NCBI RefSeq assembly: GCF_040938485.1
Contig: NW_027270924.1
Span: 682,001-746,000 of the forward strand
DNA: 64,000 nucleotides
Reading direction: 5' to 3'
Origin: Diadema antillarum
Lineage: Eukaryota
Shown: positions 60,877 through 64,000 of the stretch, piece by piece
Position numbering within the stretch: position 1 is the first letter of the stretch
How the letters are laid out: every line of letters begins with the position of its first letter
Notes under the pieces: generated by a model
Databases searched by the model: none
Told to the model about the DNA's origin: nothing
Seen by the model: the letters and a program-made list of their open reading frames with translations, nothing else
Position numbers and translations under genes: made by a program

Positions 60877-62099
60877 CTATCTCCATCACGCTGATTCATG
60901 GTTCCCCTTTCCCCCGAACACCAGTCTTTTTCTTTAGTCAACCATCTTAATTCTTTCTTCTTTTTTATATTTAAACAGATCTATAGACTGTAGTATAGTA
61001 ATGTATTGTAAATTTGTACTAAGTGAAAAGGAATTCATGATCGGAATGACTAAAAAGTATTCATTAAATGTTATAGGCTTGGCATCTTTCTATTCAAAAC
61101 AAACTGAATGAAGTCACCGAAGTGAATGTTTAACATTAGTGAATTATGACAAGATTTGCTAATGTAGGACAGTTATTTTGTCGTTGCTTACTTTGCTGTA
61201 TATCTTGTATGCCTACTCCCCTTTTGTTGTCTGTCTAGACCTTGTATTAATTTGCATTAGTTTGCTTTTCAGTACTGCCTTGCAGTCTGACATTAATTCA
61301 GTTAAATTAATGATATTCAGTTGTCGCCTCCATGATCATCACTTCACATACCTTTCCTCTTCTTTAGTTTTGTCACCTTCATTCTTTCTCTATTCAGGTA
61401 TGTTCATTCATTCCATCCTACACACGATTCTTGAGTTAAGCCCAGACAGCTCCCACTCTTACGTAATCACCCCATCCTGCTTCCATCATCTCATGCTCTC
61501 CTTTACTTTAATTGGTTGATTTATTGAATTGGACTCTTCTACTTTATTGAAGTCCTCTGTTCCATTTAGTTCCATTGGTTGCTATAGATAATTTGAATAT
61601 ATGTAAATATTGGTTGTGTAAATTATGTTCATGCAGAAGTTTACTAAGGGCGAGTTGCCCTCAGAATAAAGCAGAGCACTACCCAGACTTCATCGACTCC
61701 AGTTCATCTTTTTTTGCTTTCCCGAGTTATCAACATTAAGTTATATTTATCTCCCGTCTTACAAATAGATTTCTGTTAAGTTTACAGGATCAGGATCGAG
61801 AACATTTCTTAATAATTTCACAACATTTACTTTGACACGCTACACTATTCCTTCAATCCTTGTTATCTTTTTAATCTAACACTAACAAAATCTACATCAT
61901 GCGCATTCCAGGCGCAGGCCCACAAGTAGTAGGTAGTGGTAGTGCATCTCATCTCATCTGTAAATTTACTGTTGTCCCACATACTTACATTTGTGTGGGC
62001 AGTGCCTTTAAAGAAAAAAAAATACGTGGTTTTCAGGGGATTTTGTAGCTTCTTTCCGTTTAGCAGACCTCAAATTCAATTTCAAATCAGCTTCGGTAT

Positions 62100-62700
62100 C
62101 CTCTGCAATAGTGTTGCCAGTAAGTTTACAGCAAATCATCTACAGGGAAGTCGCGGCCGCGGCGGTGAGGCGATGGTTTGTTTCACGTTTAAACGAACTC
62201 TTGGATGCGGGGACGCGGACGACGCACGTGAGTGTATGCACGATCATAACATTTTATTACGCAATCCAGTTTAGAATCGACGTGACTCAGTACTCGATCA
62301 GTGTGGCGCAGCGTGCGAGCGCTGAGCGCGCGCATGTTACCGTATCTTATGTGTGTTTGTTGGTGTTCTATCAACTTCTAGCTTCTCATCAGACATCGGC
62401 ATGGCCTTCACACTTACCGAATCCTTGATTATACATAAGGAAGAACTCTTTCTTGGTTAATACAAAAATCACACTTTGCAACATGAATGCATCGTCCGTC
62501 CTGAGTTCTTCGAGAAGTGCAGTTTTACAGCTAAAAAACAAACGATGTTTTGCTGTTCATAAAGCTGTTTGGTTTTTCGGTGTTAGGAGATGTCACGAGC
62601 GTCGGGGGAACGGTAAGTAATTTTAGGCGAAAGGCGAAAGGCAACCCGAGTTGGGTTAAGTTTGTCTGTGGACTGTGGTATTGAATTAAGGTGTGTTTAG
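62100..62700. promoter_or_regulatory. CpG-rich shared DNLZ/COQ4 promoter zone
   Basis: CpG enrichment; minus-strand donor GTAAGT at 62417; COQ4 ATG at 62483. Confidence 0.55.
62483..62612 (+). CDS. COQ4: COQ4 coding exon 1 (mitochondrial targeting peptide)
   Basis: 130 nt, phase 1, donor gtaagt at 62613. Confidence 0.75.
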
Positions 62701-63304
62701 TCTAATTCTATTCTGCTGAAGATAAATCAGTAAATGCAGGGCTGCTGCCAACTGAACTTCCAAGCAGTAATGACTGTAATTTACCTAATTACAAGTTTAC
62801 AACTCGGTGCGGGAAACCTGGTCACGTCATGGGGGAGGGGGGCTCCTCCTATTGAGCGTGGTCGAGGTGCTCATGAGGCCCGTGGAGCGAGATGCCCGTG
62901 ATGAGGCCCCCCTGTCCACTTCTCATCCACCTCACATCTGACATTGTCACAGTTTGCACAGTGATTTTTAGTTACACACATGTCCACTCTCCATGCTGAA
63001 AAGAAGAAAAAAAAAAACATTTGTCTTCGCTTTTGACAAAAATCAAGTTTTCCGTGATGTGCAGCAACCCCACTGAAACAGAACGATAGATGTTGACCTA
63101 TCAACTTTATGCCTTTTTTTAGTTTAGGTTGACAGTGTTCACTGACTTTTGTTGGATTTGCAGATGGCTATCCAGATGAGACAATGGCAAAGCCTAACAT
63201 GGATGGTCTCCTGTATGAACATCACACTCCCACTACAGCCCTGCAGAAGATCCTTCTCACAGCTGGATCTGGTTTTATGTCACTCTACAATCCTTACAGG
63301 CATG
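62483..63304 (+). CDS. COQ4: Ubiquinone biosynthesis protein COQ4, 5' part (gene continues past the window): join(62483..62612,63164..63304)
   Basis: Exon 2 encodes [31 protein letters not shown] (human [32 protein letters not shown]). Exon 1 from ATG 62483 is open ([23 protein letters not shown]…, presequence-like) and phase-compatible; donors G|gtaagt and G|gtaagc. Confidence 0.88.
62805..63075 (+). mobile_element. Diverged left-end copy of the 47134..48070 family in COQ4 intron 1
   Basis: cggtgcgggaaacctg…ctcatgaggccc…ctcacatctgac…acacacatgtccact…gaaaagaagaaaa. Confidence 0.7.
63164..63304 (+). CDS. COQ4: COQ4 coding exon 2
   Basis: Acceptor ggatttgcag; conserved LQK.LL..GS....LYNPYRH. 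Confidence 0.92.
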
Positions 63305-64000
63305 GTAAGCGGGGCAGGCAGAACTGATTTTGGGGGAGGGGGCTTGGGCCCCCCTTTTTTTTAAATAAATACATAGGGTCTATTTGTAACAGAGGCCTTA
63401 GTGTGGGTAAGAACTTTTTTGTTTTTGTTTTTGTTTTTGCTTGTAAGCCAAAGAAACCGGAAGTAAGTGGCAGCAGAAAGTTGCGCTTGGGGCCTTTTTT
63501 TTTTTTTTCTTTTTTTGCTTGTTAGCTGATGAAACCCGGAAGTGGTACCAGAAATATAGACTTGGCCCCCCACTTTTAAGTTTTAAGAACACATTGAGGA
63601 GATCTTCTCCTCAATACATCTTCTTTTTTTGGTAGTAATTCTGTCATACATGTATGTACATGTAGTTTGAAGATTAGTGTCTATTCTCTAAACAAACACA
63701 GAAGTTTTCCTTGGCTGTTTGCTTTTTGCTTTAAATACATTAGTTGTATTGAATATTTGATGTGTGTGATGTGTGTGATTATTTCATATTGTTTTGAAAT
63801 GTAATATTTTATACTGTTTATATATATTTCATGCTGATCAGGCTACTCTGGATAAAGAATTGCAATAAATGAATAAATAAATAAATTGAATATTTTTTTC
63901 ACCTTCAGTTTCATTGACTTTTATCTGTATTATACAACACCTGAAAAGATTCTAGTGATGCGATTGGTCAATTGCTCATCATGTGACATGCTGTCGCTGT

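Noticed and set aside
62590-62612. ATG 62590 (MSRASGE) as the COQ4 start
   Set aside because: It gives phase 2 at the donor, whereas the conserved exon 2 frame needs phase 1; ATG 62483 fits.

Overview
Eukaryotic, AT-rich, intron-containing genomic DNA with three short N gaps. It is most likely an invertebrate deuterostome such as a sea urchin; this is inferred from a Deu-domain SINE, a Mag/SURL-type retrotransposon and the repeat landscape, and is not proven. I reconstructed five housekeeping genes by hand from GT-AG splice sites and reading-frame phase: NELFE (+, 8 coding exons, 278 aa), KLHL20/diablo (-, 9 coding exons, about 598 aa), LSM2 (+, 4 exons, 95 aa), DNLZ/Hep1 (-, 3 coding exons, 206 aa) and the first two exons of COQ4 (+). 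KLHL20 carries in one intron a complete, very young 5770-bp Ty3/Gypsy (Mag/SURL-like) LTR retrotransposon with identical 123-bp LTRs, a 5-bp TSD, a tRNA-Ser PBS, a PPT and an intact 1395-aa gag-pol ORF. Non-coding DNA is dense in non-autonomous elements: two Helentron-associated (HINE/pearl-like) elements, Tc1/mariner-pogo, hAT, Kolobok and unclassified TIR MITEs, and a DeuSINE. The most notable observation is that the human orthologues of all five genes lie in MHC paralogous regions (6p21.3 class III, 1q25, 9q34), which suggests a preserved piece of the ancestral proto-MHC linkage group. The genes appear arranged as two head-to-head pairs, and DNLZ-COQ4 is extremely tight. I found no rRNA, true tRNA or CRISPR features. 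I did not find a clearly novel protein system; the novelty here lies in genome organisation and mobile elements.
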